A DNA stretch of 64,000 nucleotides from Eubacterium sp. (GTDB lineage Bacteria > Bacillota > Clostridia > Oscillospirales > Acutalibacteraceae): assembly GCA_014465955.1 (NCBI GenBank), contig JACTVT010000003.1, positions 3,213-67,212 on the forward strand, in the 5' to 3' direction. Under the pieces are notes generated by a model, which worked only from the letters and a program-made list of their open reading frames with translations, was not told the origin of the DNA and searched no databases. Position 1 is the first letter of the stretch, and each line of letters starts with the position of its first letter. A program made the position numbers and the translations under genes. Of the stretch, positions 30,826 through 40,175 are shown piece after piece.

Positions 30826-31806
30826 TTATCGTGCCCTTCTCAGTTTCATTGAAGCGCCCATTGCAACGGCTTCAAGCGGGTGCTCGGGTGTGTAAACGGC
30901 AATGCCTGTTTCTTTTGCAATCAGTTCGGGCAGACCTCTTAAAAGCGATGTGCCGCCTGTTATGTAAATGCCTTTGTCAATAATATCTGATGCAAGTTCA
31001 GGAAGAGTAACTTCAAGTGTTTCTCTTATAGCTTCAATCATTTCGGCAACGGGTTCACGCAGAATTTCACGAACATCTGCCGATGTAATTTCAATTGCTT
31101 TCGGCAGTCCGTTTTCAAGGTTTCTGCCACGCACTTCCATTGCACCCTCGCCGTCATATTCGCCTGCCGAGCCTATTTTGATTTTAATATCTTCAGCCGT
31201 AACAGTGCCGATAAGCAGTGAGTGCTCTTTTTTCAGATAGTTTATTATTGCCTCGTCAAGCGCATTGCCTGCGGTTTTTATGCTCTTTCTTGCGGCAATT
31301 CCGCCGAGTGTAATAACGGCAACATCGCATGTGCCGCCGCCGATGTCAACAATCATAGAACCTGTTGCTTCAAATACGGGAAGTCCTACGCCGAGCGCTG
31401 CAGCCAGAGGTTCTTCAATCAGTTCAACCTCGCTTGCGCCTGCCGCACGCAGAGCATCTTCAACTGCACGCCTTTCAACTTCCGTTACACCGCTCGGAAC
31501 GGAGATAACGGCTCTTGTTTTTGTGAAAACAGAACTTTTTGCAGAGCGGTAAATGAAATCGTGAAGCATATCAGCCGTCATATCAAAATCGGCAATAACG
31601 CCGTCTTTAAGAGGCTTAACGGCTACAATAGAACCCGGTGTTCTGCCAATCATTGCCTTTGCCTGCTTGCCTGTTGCAAGCACACGGCGTGTTTTAACGT
31701 CAACGGCAACTACAGACGGCTCGCTGATTGTAATTCTGCCTTTTCTATCGCAAATAAGGGTATTTTCTGTACCGAGGTCAATACCAATATCTTTTGTTAA
31801 AATCAT
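30826..31806 (-). CDS. mreB: Rod shape-determining protein MreB
   Basis: IGIDLGT, EPSVVA, PLKDGVIADF, TEVERRAV, VDIGGGT. Confidence 0.95.
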   Translation of the reverse strand: MILTKDIGIDLGTENTLICDRKGRITISEPSVVAVDVKTRRVLATGKQAKAMIGRTPGSIVAVKPLKDGVIADFDMTADMLHDFIYRSAKSSVFTKTRAVISVPSGVTEVERRAVEDALRAAGASEVELIEEPLAAALGVGLPVFEATGSMIVDIGGGTCDVAVITLGGIAARKSIKTAGNALDEAIINYLKKEHSLLIGTVTAEDIKIKIGSAGEYDGEGAMEVRGRNLENGLPKAIEITSADVREILREPVAEMIEAIRETLEVTLPELASDIIDKGIYITGGTSLLRGLPELIAKETGIAVYTPEHPLEAVAMGASMKLRRAR

Positions 31807-31990
31807 TTTATATTTCTCTCACTTTCAACAGCATAATTTTAAAAACTGCCTATTTATCCATTATTAATTAGTATTATATATGAAATACTTTTATCGGGCA
31901 ATATCAAAATGAAAATTTAACAAAATATTTTAATTATTGCAATAAAATGTAAAAAGGCGGACGCAATTCAACTGTCCGCCTGATAATGAT

Positions 31991-32857
31991 TTATGACTGT
32001 TTTAACTCTGTTGTAAATGTGTATCCCTGTTCACGAATGTTATCAATAACTCTCGGCAGGATTTCGGCATTCGTTTTGCTCACGGCGTGCAGCAGCATAA
32101 TTTCGCCGTTGTGAACCGAAGATACGATTTTGTTGTATGCAGTTTCGGGGTCGGGCGGGTTTGATGTGTCCCAGTCGGCATAAGCAAAACTCCAGAAAAT
32201 GCTTTTGTAGTTCAGGCTTTGTACAATGGCAAGGTTCTGTTCGCTGAATTCACCCTCGGGGAAGCGGAATAAATTCATCTCATAAGCAAAATTTTCAGCC
32301 ACATAATCGTGTAAAATCGTGATTTCATCTTTAACTGTTTCGGCGTCAACCGTTGTCATATTGTAGTGCCTGTAGGAATGGTTTGCCACAATGTGACCCT
32401 CGTTTATCATTCGCTGAACAATGTCGGGGTTATCACTTACATAGTCATATGTGCAAAAGAAAATTGCCTTTACATTCTTTTCTTTCAGTGTGTCTAAAAT
32501 TGCAGGCGTGAAGCCGTTTTCGTATCCCTCATCAAAGGTAAGGCAGATGTTTTTGCCGTCTTCCAAAAGCCATTGGGCAGACAACTCCTGAAATTTATCC
32601 TGCAAATCAGTCGGGTCCTTCGGGCGCTGATGGTCTTTAATATTGCCCGGCCCCCATGTAATTGCATTTGTGTCGTAGCCTGTTAAATCAATGCCTATGC
32701 CCGTAACGTCGGGTGCAGTGTTTTCTACAGTCGGCGCATTCTGATTTTCTGTTGTTGTCTGTGTTGTTTCCGTTGTTGTATTGTTATTTTTTTCATTCGC
32801 CGAACAGCCTGTCAGCAAAAAGGCTGTTACAATTAACGTTATAATTATTTTTTTCAT
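31991..32857 (-). CDS. pdaA: Lipoprotein polysaccharide deacetylase, PdaA-like (spore cortex delta-lactam)
   Basis: Lipobox LTGC, LTFDEGYENG, NHSYRH, FRFPEG, FWSFAYADW, LLHAVS. Confidence 0.82.
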   Translation of the reverse strand: MKKIIITLIVTAFLLTGCSANEKNNNTTTETTQTTTENQNAPTVENTAPDVTGIGIDLTGYDTNAITWGPGNIKDHQRPKDPTDLQDKFQELSAQWLLEDGKNICLTFDEGYENGFTPAILDTLKEKNVKAIFFCTYDYVSDNPDIVQRMINEGHIVANHSYRHYNMTTVDAETVKDEITILHDYVAENFAYEMNLFRFPEGEFSEQNLAIVQSLNYKSIFWSFAYADWDTSNPPDPETAYNKIVSSVHNGEIMLLHAVSKTNAEILPRVIDNIREQGYTFTTELKQS

Positions 32858-32895
32858 AAAAAAACTCCTCCCGCAAATATTTTTTGCAGGAGGAG
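32858..32895 (-). terminator. prfB terminator overlapping the pdaA RBS
   Basis: CUCCUCCUGCAAA-AAAUA-UUUGCGGGAGGAG-U7-AUG. Confidence 0.7.
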
Positions 32896-32931
32896 AAATT
32901 ATATAAGTGGTAGATTTTTTAAATGAATATA

Positions 32932-34053
32932 TTAATTTTTTTCAGCCTCTTCAACGCTTTTCTGCTTTAAATATGCGTTGATAAAGCCGTCAATATCGCC
33001 GTCCATAACTGCGTTTATGTTGCCCATTTCAAAGCCTGTTCTGTGATCCTTTGCCATTGTGTACGGCATAAATACGTAAGAGCGGATCTGACTGCCCCAT
33101 GCAATTTCTTTTTGGTCGCCCTTGATGTCCTCAATTCTTTCAAGGTTTTCACGCTCTTTGATTTCAACGAGTTTTGATTTAAGCATTCTCATTGCAACCT
33201 CACGGTTCTGGTGCTGTGAACGTTCAATCTGGCAGGATACTACAATACCTGTCGGAATGTGGGTAAGACGAACGGCAGATGAAGTTTTGTTTACCTTCTG
33301 ACCGCCTGCACCGGATGCTCTGTAAACGTCCATTTTAATATCTTCTTCACGGATTTCAACGTTTACATCATCATCAATTTCAGGCATAACCTCAAGTGAT
33401 GCAAATGATGTGTGGCGTCTGCCTGACGAGTCAAATGGTGACACACGGACAAGTCTGTGAATGCCCATTTCACCCTTTAAGTAGCCGTAGGCGTTTTCGC
33501 CCTCAATAAGGATTGTAGCACTTTTCAGTCCTGCAACATCGCCGTCAAGATAATCGAGCGTAGACACCTTGTAGCCGTGCCTTTCACCCCAGCGGTTATA
33601 CATTCTGAACAGCATTTCAGCCCAGTCCATAGCCTCTGTTCCGCCTGCTCCTGCGTGGAAAGTGAGAAGTGCGTTTTTACCGTCAAATTCACCGCTGAGC
33701 AGTGTAGACAGTGTAAGATTTTCAATTCTTTTTTCAATATCGTCAACAGATGCAGTGCAGTCGTCAAGCAGGCTTTCGTCACCTTCTTCGTCTGCAAGTT
33801 CAATCATAACGAGTGCATCGTCAAAATCACTTTTTAAATCTTCATATGATGTAACTTTTGCTTTGAGTGATCCTGCTTTTTTCAGTGTTTTCTGGCTTTC
33901 TTCCATATTGTCCCAAAAATCGGGAGCAGCCGCTTTTTTGTCAAGTTCTGCAATTTCCGATTTTACAAGGTCGATTGCAAGCGCCTCTTTTAAATTTTCA
34001 ATCGGTTTTTCAGATTCAAGCAGTCTGAATTTCAAATTTTCAAATTCTAACAT
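32932..34053 (-). CDS. prfB: Peptide chain release factor 2 (single uninterrupted ORF)
   Basis: RVSPF recognition motif, GAGGQ, WGSQIRSY. Confidence 0.97.
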   Translation of the reverse strand: MLEFENLKFRLLESEKPIENLKEALAIDLVKSEIAELDKKAAAPDFWDNMEESQKTLKKAGSLKAKVTSYEDLKSDFDDALVMIELADEEGDESLLDDCTASVDDIEKRIENLTLSTLLSGEFDGKNALLTFHAGAGGTEAMDWAEMLFRMYNRWGERHGYKVSTLDYLDGDVAGLKSATILIEGENAYGYLKGEMGIHRLVRVSPFDSSGRRHTSFASLEVMPEIDDDVNVEIREEDIKMDVYRASGAGGQKVNKTSSAVRLTHIPTGIVVSCQIERSQHQNREVAMRMLKSKLVEIKERENLERIEDIKGDQKEIAWGSQIRSYVFMPYTMAKDHRTGFEMGNINAVMDGDIDGFINAYLKQKSVEEAEKN

Positions 34054-34299
34054 ATATTTTCTCCTTTAAATGCGGGAAATATTATTTATAATTAATGCCT
34101 GTTCTGCAATATGCAGTTTTTACACAATAAAACCTCATTTGATTTATTCAATTATGATATTATATACAAATAAATAATCTTATGCAATAGTTTGAATTTA
34201 TTTTTGTTAAAATATTATTAACTTATTTTTAATCATTATGTTGATTTTTGGTGCTATTATAAGTATAATATAAAAGATAAAAAACACAAGGAGTATTAA

Positions 34300-35241
34300 A
34301 TGTTTTTATTTGAAAACGATAAATGCCCTGTATGCGGAGTATTGTTTAAGGCAGATGATGATATTGTTGTTTGTCCCGAATGCGGAACGCCTCATCACAG
34401 GGATTGTTACAATAAAACACATATTTGCGCAAATAAAAAACTTCACGGCACTGATTTTAAATTCAGCCGCAGTGCAGAAACTGCCGAGCCTCAGGAGCAG
34501 GAAGTAAAGGAAGAACCCAAGCAGGCTCTGCCTTTTGCCCCTGCTTACCAAAACAGTAATTCACCTGAGCAGATAAAACAACTTGTGAATGAAACCGTGC
34601 CTGAACAGGAGCATACGGAGGAAGTTACTGTAGACGGTGTTTCCGTTCTTGATGCGTCACAGGTTATCGGTACAAATGTAAGGTATTATTTGCCGAGATT
34701 TATTAAGAAAAAAGGTCTCAACTGGAACTGGGGCGCATTTTTCTTTGGTCCGCTTTATTATTTTTTCAGAAAAATGTATATGCAGGGCTTTATGTTTCTT
34801 GCTCTGAATTTTGCATCAAACGTTGCAATATCCGCTATTTTTAAAGAGCCGATTGCGGCAATGAGCAAACTGATAACGCCGATGATGAGTCAGGGAACGC
34901 TTACGCCTGAAAATGTGAATACCATTATGAATTCGTCAGAATGGCAGAATTATCTGCCCGTGTTTATAATTATGAACGCAGTTTCGCTCGTGCTTGCAGT
35001 TGTTATGAGCATCTGTGCAAACAGAATGTACAGAAAAAGAGTAGTAACTATTGTTAAAACTGTTGATGAAAAACTGAAGGACGGGGCGGATTTTGTTACT
35101 GTAAATCCTATGTTTATGGGGCAGGAAACAGATTTAAGCAAAGAAAATCTGAGAAAAATGTTTCTTGCAAAGCAGGGCGGAGTAAGTTGGGTTATGCCGA
35201 TGCTTGTTTACGGCGCAATGTTTATGCTTACACTGCTTTAA
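34300..35241 (+). CDS. Prokaryotic RING-like zinc finger fused to a DUF2628-like membrane domain
   Basis: CPVC-x10-VCPECGTPHHRDC-x6-C; WNWGAFFFGPLYYFFRKMY and TM helices. Confidence 0.75.
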   Translation: MFLFENDKCPVCGVLFKADDDIVVCPECGTPHHRDCYNKTHICANKKLHGTDFKFSRSAETAEPQEQEVKEEPKQALPFAPAYQNSNSPEQIKQLVNETVPEQEHTEEVTVDGVSVLDASQVIGTNVRYYLPRFIKKKGLNWNWGAFFFGPLYYFFRKMYMQGFMFLALNFASNVAISAIFKEPIAAMSKLITPMMSQGTLTPENVNTIMNSSEWQNYLPVFIIMNAVSLVLAVVMSICANRMYRKRVVTIVKTVDEKLKDGADFVTVNPMFMGQETDLSKENLRKMFLAKQGGVSWVMPMLVYGAMFMLTLL

Positions 35242-35287
35242 AACGGTGATATAAGTAAATTTAATATATTTTTAGGAGGATAATGAA

Positions 35288-36163
35288 ATGAAAGTAAGAA
35301 AGGCTATAATTCCTGCAGCAGGTATGGGAACAAGAGTTCTTCCTGCATCAAAAGCAGTACCTAAGGAAATGCTCAACATTGTTGATAAGCCTGCAATTCA
35401 GTATATTGTTGAAGAGGCTTTTGCATCGGGTATTGAAGAAGTTCTTGTTATCACAAACAGAAATAAGGGTGCTATTGAGGATCATTTTGACCACGCTTTT
35501 GAACTTGAAACAAAACTTGCCGGCAATGAAAGTAAGAAAAAGATTTATGAGGATGTTATGGAGTGTTCCAATTTCGGCAACATCTATTTTCTTCGTCAGA
35601 AAGAAACAAAGGGTCTCGGTCATGCTGTTCTTTGTGCTAAGAATTTTATCGGTGATGAGCCGTTTGCAGTTCTTTACGGCGACGATGTTATTTTATCCGA
35701 AACTCCCTGCACAAAGCAGCTTTGCGATGCTTATGAAAAGTACGGCAAGGGTGTCGTAGGTGTTAAGGAAGTGCCGGGTATGGCTATTACAAAATACTGC
35801 TCACTCAAAACAGAGCATATTGAAGATAACTGCTATAAGTGCACCGATATGATTGAAAAGCCGAAGCCTGAGGAAATTATGGGTAATTTCTCAATCCTCG
35901 GACGTGTTGTTCTTCCGCCTGAAATTTTTGATATTCTTGAAAAAACTCCGCTCGGTGCAGGCAATGAGCTTCAACTTACAGACGCTATGAAAACACTTGC
36001 ACAGGATAAAGGCGTAGTTGCAGTGGATTATGAGGGCGTAAGATACGATATGGGCAATAAGTTCGGTATTCTTCAGGCAAATATTGAGGTCGGCCTTAAA
36101 CACCCCGAAACAAAAGATGAACTTAAAGCATACTTAAAGAGCATTGCCGAAAAACTTGATTAA
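35288..36163 (+). CDS. galU: UTP--glucose-1-phosphate uridylyltransferase
   Basis: KAIIPAAGMGTRVLP, PKEML, GLGHAV, GNELQLTDA. Confidence 0.96.
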   Translation: MKVRKAIIPAAGMGTRVLPASKAVPKEMLNIVDKPAIQYIVEEAFASGIEEVLVITNRNKGAIEDHFDHAFELETKLAGNESKKKIYEDVMECSNFGNIYFLRQKETKGLGHAVLCAKNFIGDEPFAVLYGDDVILSETPCTKQLCDAYEKYGKGVVGVKEVPGMAITKYCSLKTEHIEDNCYKCTDMIEKPKPEEIMGNFSILGRVVLPPEIFDILEKTPLGAGNELQLTDAMKTLAQDKGVVAVDYEGVRYDMGNKFGILQANIEVGLKHPETKDELKAYLKSIAEKLD

Positions 36164-36190
36164 TTTTATTTAACTTTGTGAGGGAAACTA

Positions 36191-37213
36191 TTGGATAATT
36201 ATAATTATACTTATGATAATCGTAATAGTGATGAGATGATGCGCCGCACCATGTATTTTCAGATGAAGGCGAAGCAGGAGAGAAAAGATATAAGAAAACT
36301 GGGCAATATTATGGGTATTGCCCTTACTGCTTATATTGTATTTCAGTTTTTAAGCGTTTCTTTGCTTGAAGCGTTTGACTTGATGGATGTATATGAAAAT
36401 TCCGTTCTTTTTCAGTACGGCTTTACAATTATTGCTGTTGAACTTGTGTCTCTTTGCATACCGTTTGGTATAATGGCGCTTGTAAACAGAAAAAATTATG
36501 TAACGCCTGTTGTGCCGTCAAAAAAAATTAAAACGGGCAGTCTTTTGCTGTGGGTCGGTTTTGGTATGCTTTGCTGCATCGGCGCAGATTATATTGTGGG
36601 CATTCTGAATGTTATTTCGGAATCTACGGGATTTTCGCTTGAACAGCCGGAAATGCTTAGCCCCGATTCGTGGTTTGCCTGTGTTTTAAGCGTGCTTGCC
36701 ACCGCCGTAATTCCCCCTGTTTGTGAGGAATTTGCAATGCGCTGCTGCGGTGTGGGCTTGCTCAGAAAATACGGCAAGAGCTTTGCCGTTACTGCCGTTG
36801 CAATGATTTTCGGTCTTGTGCACGGCAATATAATTCAGTTCATTTTTGCATCGCTTATCGGTGTAATTCTCGGCTATGTTACTGTTAAGACAGACAGTAT
36901 TTTGCCTGCCATATTTATACACGCTTTTAATAACGGTATGAGCGTTGTTGTTGATGTAATTAATTTTGTACTCGGAAAAGATGTTGATGAAAATGCAACG
37001 GCTGTGCTTTTTATCTTCTGGCTTGTTTTCGGCGCAGTCAGCACGGTTATTCTGTTTATGAAAAAAGAATTCAGAAAAGATGTGCAGCCGCAAAGAGAAC
37101 CGTTTTCAAATTCAATCGGGCAGAAATTAACGGCGTTTTTTGTATCGCCCGGAATGATAGTACCTTTCGCATTTTTCCTTATTTCAATATTTTCCACTAT
37201 AAACAGGAAATAA
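36191..37213 (+). CDS. CPBP (CAAX/Abi) intramembrane metalloprotease
   Basis: PPVCEEFAMR, FGLVHGN, AIFIHAFNN. Confidence 0.88.
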   Translation: MDNYNYTYDNRNSDEMMRRTMYFQMKAKQERKDIRKLGNIMGIALTAYIVFQFLSVSLLEAFDLMDVYENSVLFQYGFTIIAVELVSLCIPFGIMALVNRKNYVTPVVPSKKIKTGSLLLWVGFGMLCCIGADYIVGILNVISESTGFSLEQPEMLSPDSWFACVLSVLATAVIPPVCEEFAMRCCGVGLLRKYGKSFAVTAVAMIFGLVHGNIIQFIFASLIGVILGYVTVKTDSILPAIFIHAFNNGMSVVVDVINFVLGKDVDENATAVLFIFWLVFGAVSTVILFMKKEFRKDVQPQREPFSNSIGQKLTAFFVSPGMIVPFAFFLISIFSTINRK

Positions 37214-37219
37214 ATTGCT

Positions 37220-37666
37220 ATGAATGAATTTATGAAAGAAGCCATAGAACTTGCAAAAATCAGTGCCGATGAGCTTGAAGTGCCCGTCGGTGCTGTTGTC
37301 GTTTTGAACGGTGAAATAGTCGGCAGGGGCAGAAACAGGCGTGAAAAAGAAAAAAATGCCCTGTGCCACGCCGAAATAGAGGCTATAAACGATGCATGTA
37401 AAAGGCTCGGCGGCTGGCGGCTTTGGCAGTGTGAAATGTATGTAACGCTTGAGCCGTGCCCTATGTGCGCAGGCGCCGTAATTAATTCACGAATAAAAAA
37501 AGTTACTTTCGGTGCATATGATAAAAAAGCAGGCTCGTTTGGGTCTGTAGTCGATTTTAATTCCCTGCCGTATAATCATAAGCCTGAAATTGTCGGCGGT
37601 GTTGATGAAGAAGAATGTTCTTTACTGCTTACGGATTTTTTTAAAAATTTACGTAAATCAAAGTAA
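37220..37666 (+). CDS. tadA: tRNA adenosine(34) deaminase
   Basis: EVPVGAV, HAEIEA, TLEPCPMCAGA, YNHKP. Confidence 0.92.
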   Translation: MNEFMKEAIELAKISADELEVPVGAVVVLNGEIVGRGRNRREKEKNALCHAEIEAINDACKRLGGWRLWQCEMYVTLEPCPMCAGAVINSRIKKVTFGAYDKKAGSFGSVVDFNSLPYNHKPEIVGGVDEEECSLLLTDFFKNLRKSK

Positions 37667-37683
37667 ATAGAATTCTCGATTTG

Positions 37684-37783
37684 TCTCCCTTGTTAAAGAA
37701 AGATTCCTCTGTCAGGGGAAATGTCAACGCAGTTGACAAAAGGGTAGCGTAGCAGGGGGACCACCATAGGTGGTGGAGGGATT
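37684..37783. repeat. Multi-hairpin intergenic repeat (CTCCCTTG...GGTGGAGGGATT type)
   Basis: Hairpins TTCCTCT-GTC-AGGGGAA, TGTCAAC-GCA-GTTGACA, CCACC-ATA-GGTGG; single copy in this window. Confidence 0.55.
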
Positions 37784-37815
37784 TAATTATAATTCGGTAA
37801 AAAACGAGGTAAAAA

Positions 37816-38979
37816 ATGTTATTAAGCCACGCTCAGATTATTGAAAAAATTAAATTAGATACAAAAGTGAATTTTGTCGCTTTTGTGCGCACACCGTGGC
37901 ACGCTCTCGGCTGCAATGCCTCGCTGCTTAAGTTAAAAGAGCAGGGTGAAAAATTAAACGGTCTTGTTGTGCTGTCTGAAGACAGTTATGACCGTGAAAA
38001 TCCGCTTCTTTCGGCAGATAATTTTAATGTGCTTGCCGATAATGAAATTGGTTTTGAATTGCTTTATTTTAATGGAAATGCGTTTTCGTCATCTACTGCT
38101 GATAACATAAAAATAAAATTGCAGTCCATGTCTTATCTTGCAAACCATAAAAAAGGTGCAAGAAGGATTTATGTGCTTAATCCGATGCATATTAACGATA
38201 TTTTTGTTACACGGCTTAAAAAGATTGTGCCTGACAGTGATATTGTAAATATCGTGATTGATGAGGGTCTCGGCGTTTATATGCGCAGCGGCTTTAACTG
38301 GGCAGTGGAACAGTATCATAATACAAACAGTATAAAAGAATTTCTGCGAATGATTTTTGATTTGCAAAAGAAAAGGCTTTATGTGAAAAAATCCATAAAG
38401 CGCAGTGAGTACATAAATAACAATATTTTAATTGACAATGACGGCAGATTTGAAGAAAACAAGGGCATAACTACTTATTACAGGCGTGCAATTGACTGTG
38501 ATAAAGTCAGTGGAGAAAAATACAGTAAGTATAGCGATTCTGTTGTGATTTCGGCTCAATTGTATTTTGAAGATAATCAGATAAAAAACAATGCCGATCT
38601 TGAACTTTATAAAAAAATCATTTCGGCACTTTCCGAAAAGAATATCGGCGTCGTTTTTAAGCCGCATCCGAGAGATAAGGATTTGAGCCGCTATGACTGC
38701 CTTGACTGTTTTGTTGATGCGGATAATACTGTATCACAGGAATCCATTCTCGCTTCGCTTGATGTTAAGCCCCGTGCAGTTCTTTCGTTTACATCAACAA
38801 GCCTTGTGACATCCCCGCTTTTTTACGGTGTAAAAACGGCTTCTTTGAACAGTCTTTTGCCTAAAGAAAATGTGCAATTAACTCTGTTAAATGAATTCTC
38901 TAATTTTAAAAAGGCATTTGAAAATGTAGTTTATATTCCCGATACGTCGGAACAGTTACTGCATTATATAAATGAATAA
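37816..38979 (+). CDS. Bacterial sialyltransferase-like glycosyltransferase (GT-B; GT38/GT52/GT80-like motifs)
   Basis: TPWH, IDEG (D/E-D/E-G motif), FKPHPR (HP motif), SFTSTS (S-S/T motif). Confidence 0.72.
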   Translation: MLLSHAQIIEKIKLDTKVNFVAFVRTPWHALGCNASLLKLKEQGEKLNGLVVLSEDSYDRENPLLSADNFNVLADNEIGFELLYFNGNAFSSSTADNIKIKLQSMSYLANHKKGARRIYVLNPMHINDIFVTRLKKIVPDSDIVNIVIDEGLGVYMRSGFNWAVEQYHNTNSIKEFLRMIFDLQKKRLYVKKSIKRSEYINNNILIDNDGRFEENKGITTYYRRAIDCDKVSGEKYSKYSDSVVISAQLYFEDNQIKNNADLELYKKIISALSEKNIGVVFKPHPRDKDLSRYDCLDCFVDADNTVSQESILASLDVKPRAVLSFTSTSLVTSPLFYGVKTASLNSLLPKENVQLTLLNEFSNFKKAFENVVYIPDTSEQLLHYINE

Positions 38980-38980
38980 T

Positions 38981-39019
38981 AAGAGGCTGCCTCACAAAAG
39001 ATGAGGCAGTCCTTTTTTT
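38981..39019. terminator. Terminator between convergent glycosyltransferase and anti-sigma genes
   Basis: GGCTGCCTCA-CAAAAGA-TGAGGCAGTC followed by a T tract. Confidence 0.75.
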
Positions 39020-39028
39020 GTGTGCTTG

Positions 39029-39448
39029 TTAATCTATGGAATAAGTGACAACTTTTCCGTCTTCATTTTCAAATTCCGAAGTGTCTTCGTTATTTTGTAT
39101 TTCGCCTTCCTGCTCAATTTCAAGCGATGCGGAATTATCAGGCACTTCAATTTCGATTTCAGTAGCCGTGCCGTCACCAACTTTATAACTTTTGTAGTCC
39201 CTGATGTATTCTTTAATGTCTACATTTTCACCGTTAATAATAAGGTTGATACCCTCAAACAGTGCACCGTCTGTTGCGGCATTTGCCGTAACGGTTCCGC
39301 AAAGCAGGGCAGTAATACAGGCGGCCGCTATAAGCAGACCTTTAAATTTTATTCTTTTGTTTTTCTTTTCGCTCATGGCATAAATCCTTTCAAGTGTTTT
39401 GTCGGATGGGTGGATTTGCGAGAACGTTCTCTTGTATTTATTTGTCAT
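39029..39448 (-). CDS. Putative membrane anti-sigma factor
   Basis: YKRTFSQIHPS N-terminus, one TM helix, acidic C-terminus; overlaps the end of the sigma gene. Confidence 0.7.
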   Translation of the reverse strand: MTNKYKRTFSQIHPSDKTLERIYAMSEKKNKRIKFKGLLIAAACITALLCGTVTANAATDGALFEGINLIINGENVDIKEYIRDYKSYKVGDGTATEIEIEVPDNSASLEIEQEGEIQNNEDTSEFENEDGKVVTYSID

Positions 39449-39924
39449 TTATCCAGTCATCTCCTAAAATTTTTTTAATGTTTTGGCGTGCACGGTAAAG
39501 CCTGGATTTTACTGCGTTTTCTTTTATCTTTAATATTTCGGATATTTCCTTAATCGGCATATCTTCATAGTAAAAAAGATGAATTGCAATGCGCTCGTCT
39601 TTTGGCAGGGACATTACTGCATTGAATAAATCATAACTGAAATCCTCATCAAAGGTATACAGTTCTTTGTATTCGTTTAATGGTGTACTTTTTTTTGCGA
39701 AATTGGGATTTCAGGTGATTTTTGCTTTCGTTAACGCATAGTACGGTCAGCCATTTATCCATATGCTCATCATTTTCAAACGGCTTTTTATGATTCCAAA
39801 GTTTCAGAAATATATTTTGAAGTATATCTTCGGCATCGTCTCTGCTTTTTGTAAATGATAACGCAATTAAAAATAATCGCTGGTTGTTGCGTTCTACGCA
39901 GTTTGTAAATTCCTTTTCAGTCAT
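39438..39924 (-). pseudogene. ECF sigma-70 factor split by one extra A in an A8 run
   Basis: Region 2 (DDAEDILQNIFLKL) lies in one frame and region 4 (SLPKDERIAIHLFYYEDMPIKEISEILKIKENAVKSRLYRAR) in another; A7 restores a 161-aa protein. Confidence 0.85.
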
Positions 39925-39963
39925 TGCTTCACCACCGTGTTTGAAAGGTCCTTTCACTATAAT

Positions 39964-39988
39964 AACAATGCAGAAAGGTAAAAGGTTA
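39964..39988 (-). promoter_or_regulatory. ECF-type, possibly autoregulatory, promoter
   Basis: TAACC-16 nt-TGTT upstream of the sigma gene. Confidence 0.45.
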
Positions 39989-40040
39989 TTTAGAATATAA
40001 AATAATTTTTGGGTGCGATATTCGCATTGTACTGCAAAAT

Positions 40041-40127
40041 CGGCAATTCGAGAACTGCCCCTACGGAATTTTTTTTAATCTTTTGGCAACAATCGTGTCG
40101 CGGGTCGATGTGGGCATCGACCCCTAC
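40041..40127 (-). repeat. Two GTAG-REP hairpins (40041-40064, 40101-40127)
   Basis: Minus strand GTAG-GGGTCGATG-CCCA-CATCGACCC-G. Confidence 0.85.
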
Positions 40128-40132
40128 AAATT

Positions 40133-40167
40133 AAACGCCGTGGAAACATTAAATTTCCACGGCGTTT
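40133..40167 (-). terminator. Terminator after nadC
   Basis: AAACGCCGTGGAAA-CATTAAA-TTTCCACGGCGTTT. Confidence 0.75.
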
Positions 40168-40175
40168 GATATTTA

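Noticed and set aside
39689..39696. Programmed -1 frameshift at A-AAA-AAG in the ECF sigma
   Set aside because: The -1 frame stops within a few codons; region 4 is in the +1 frame.
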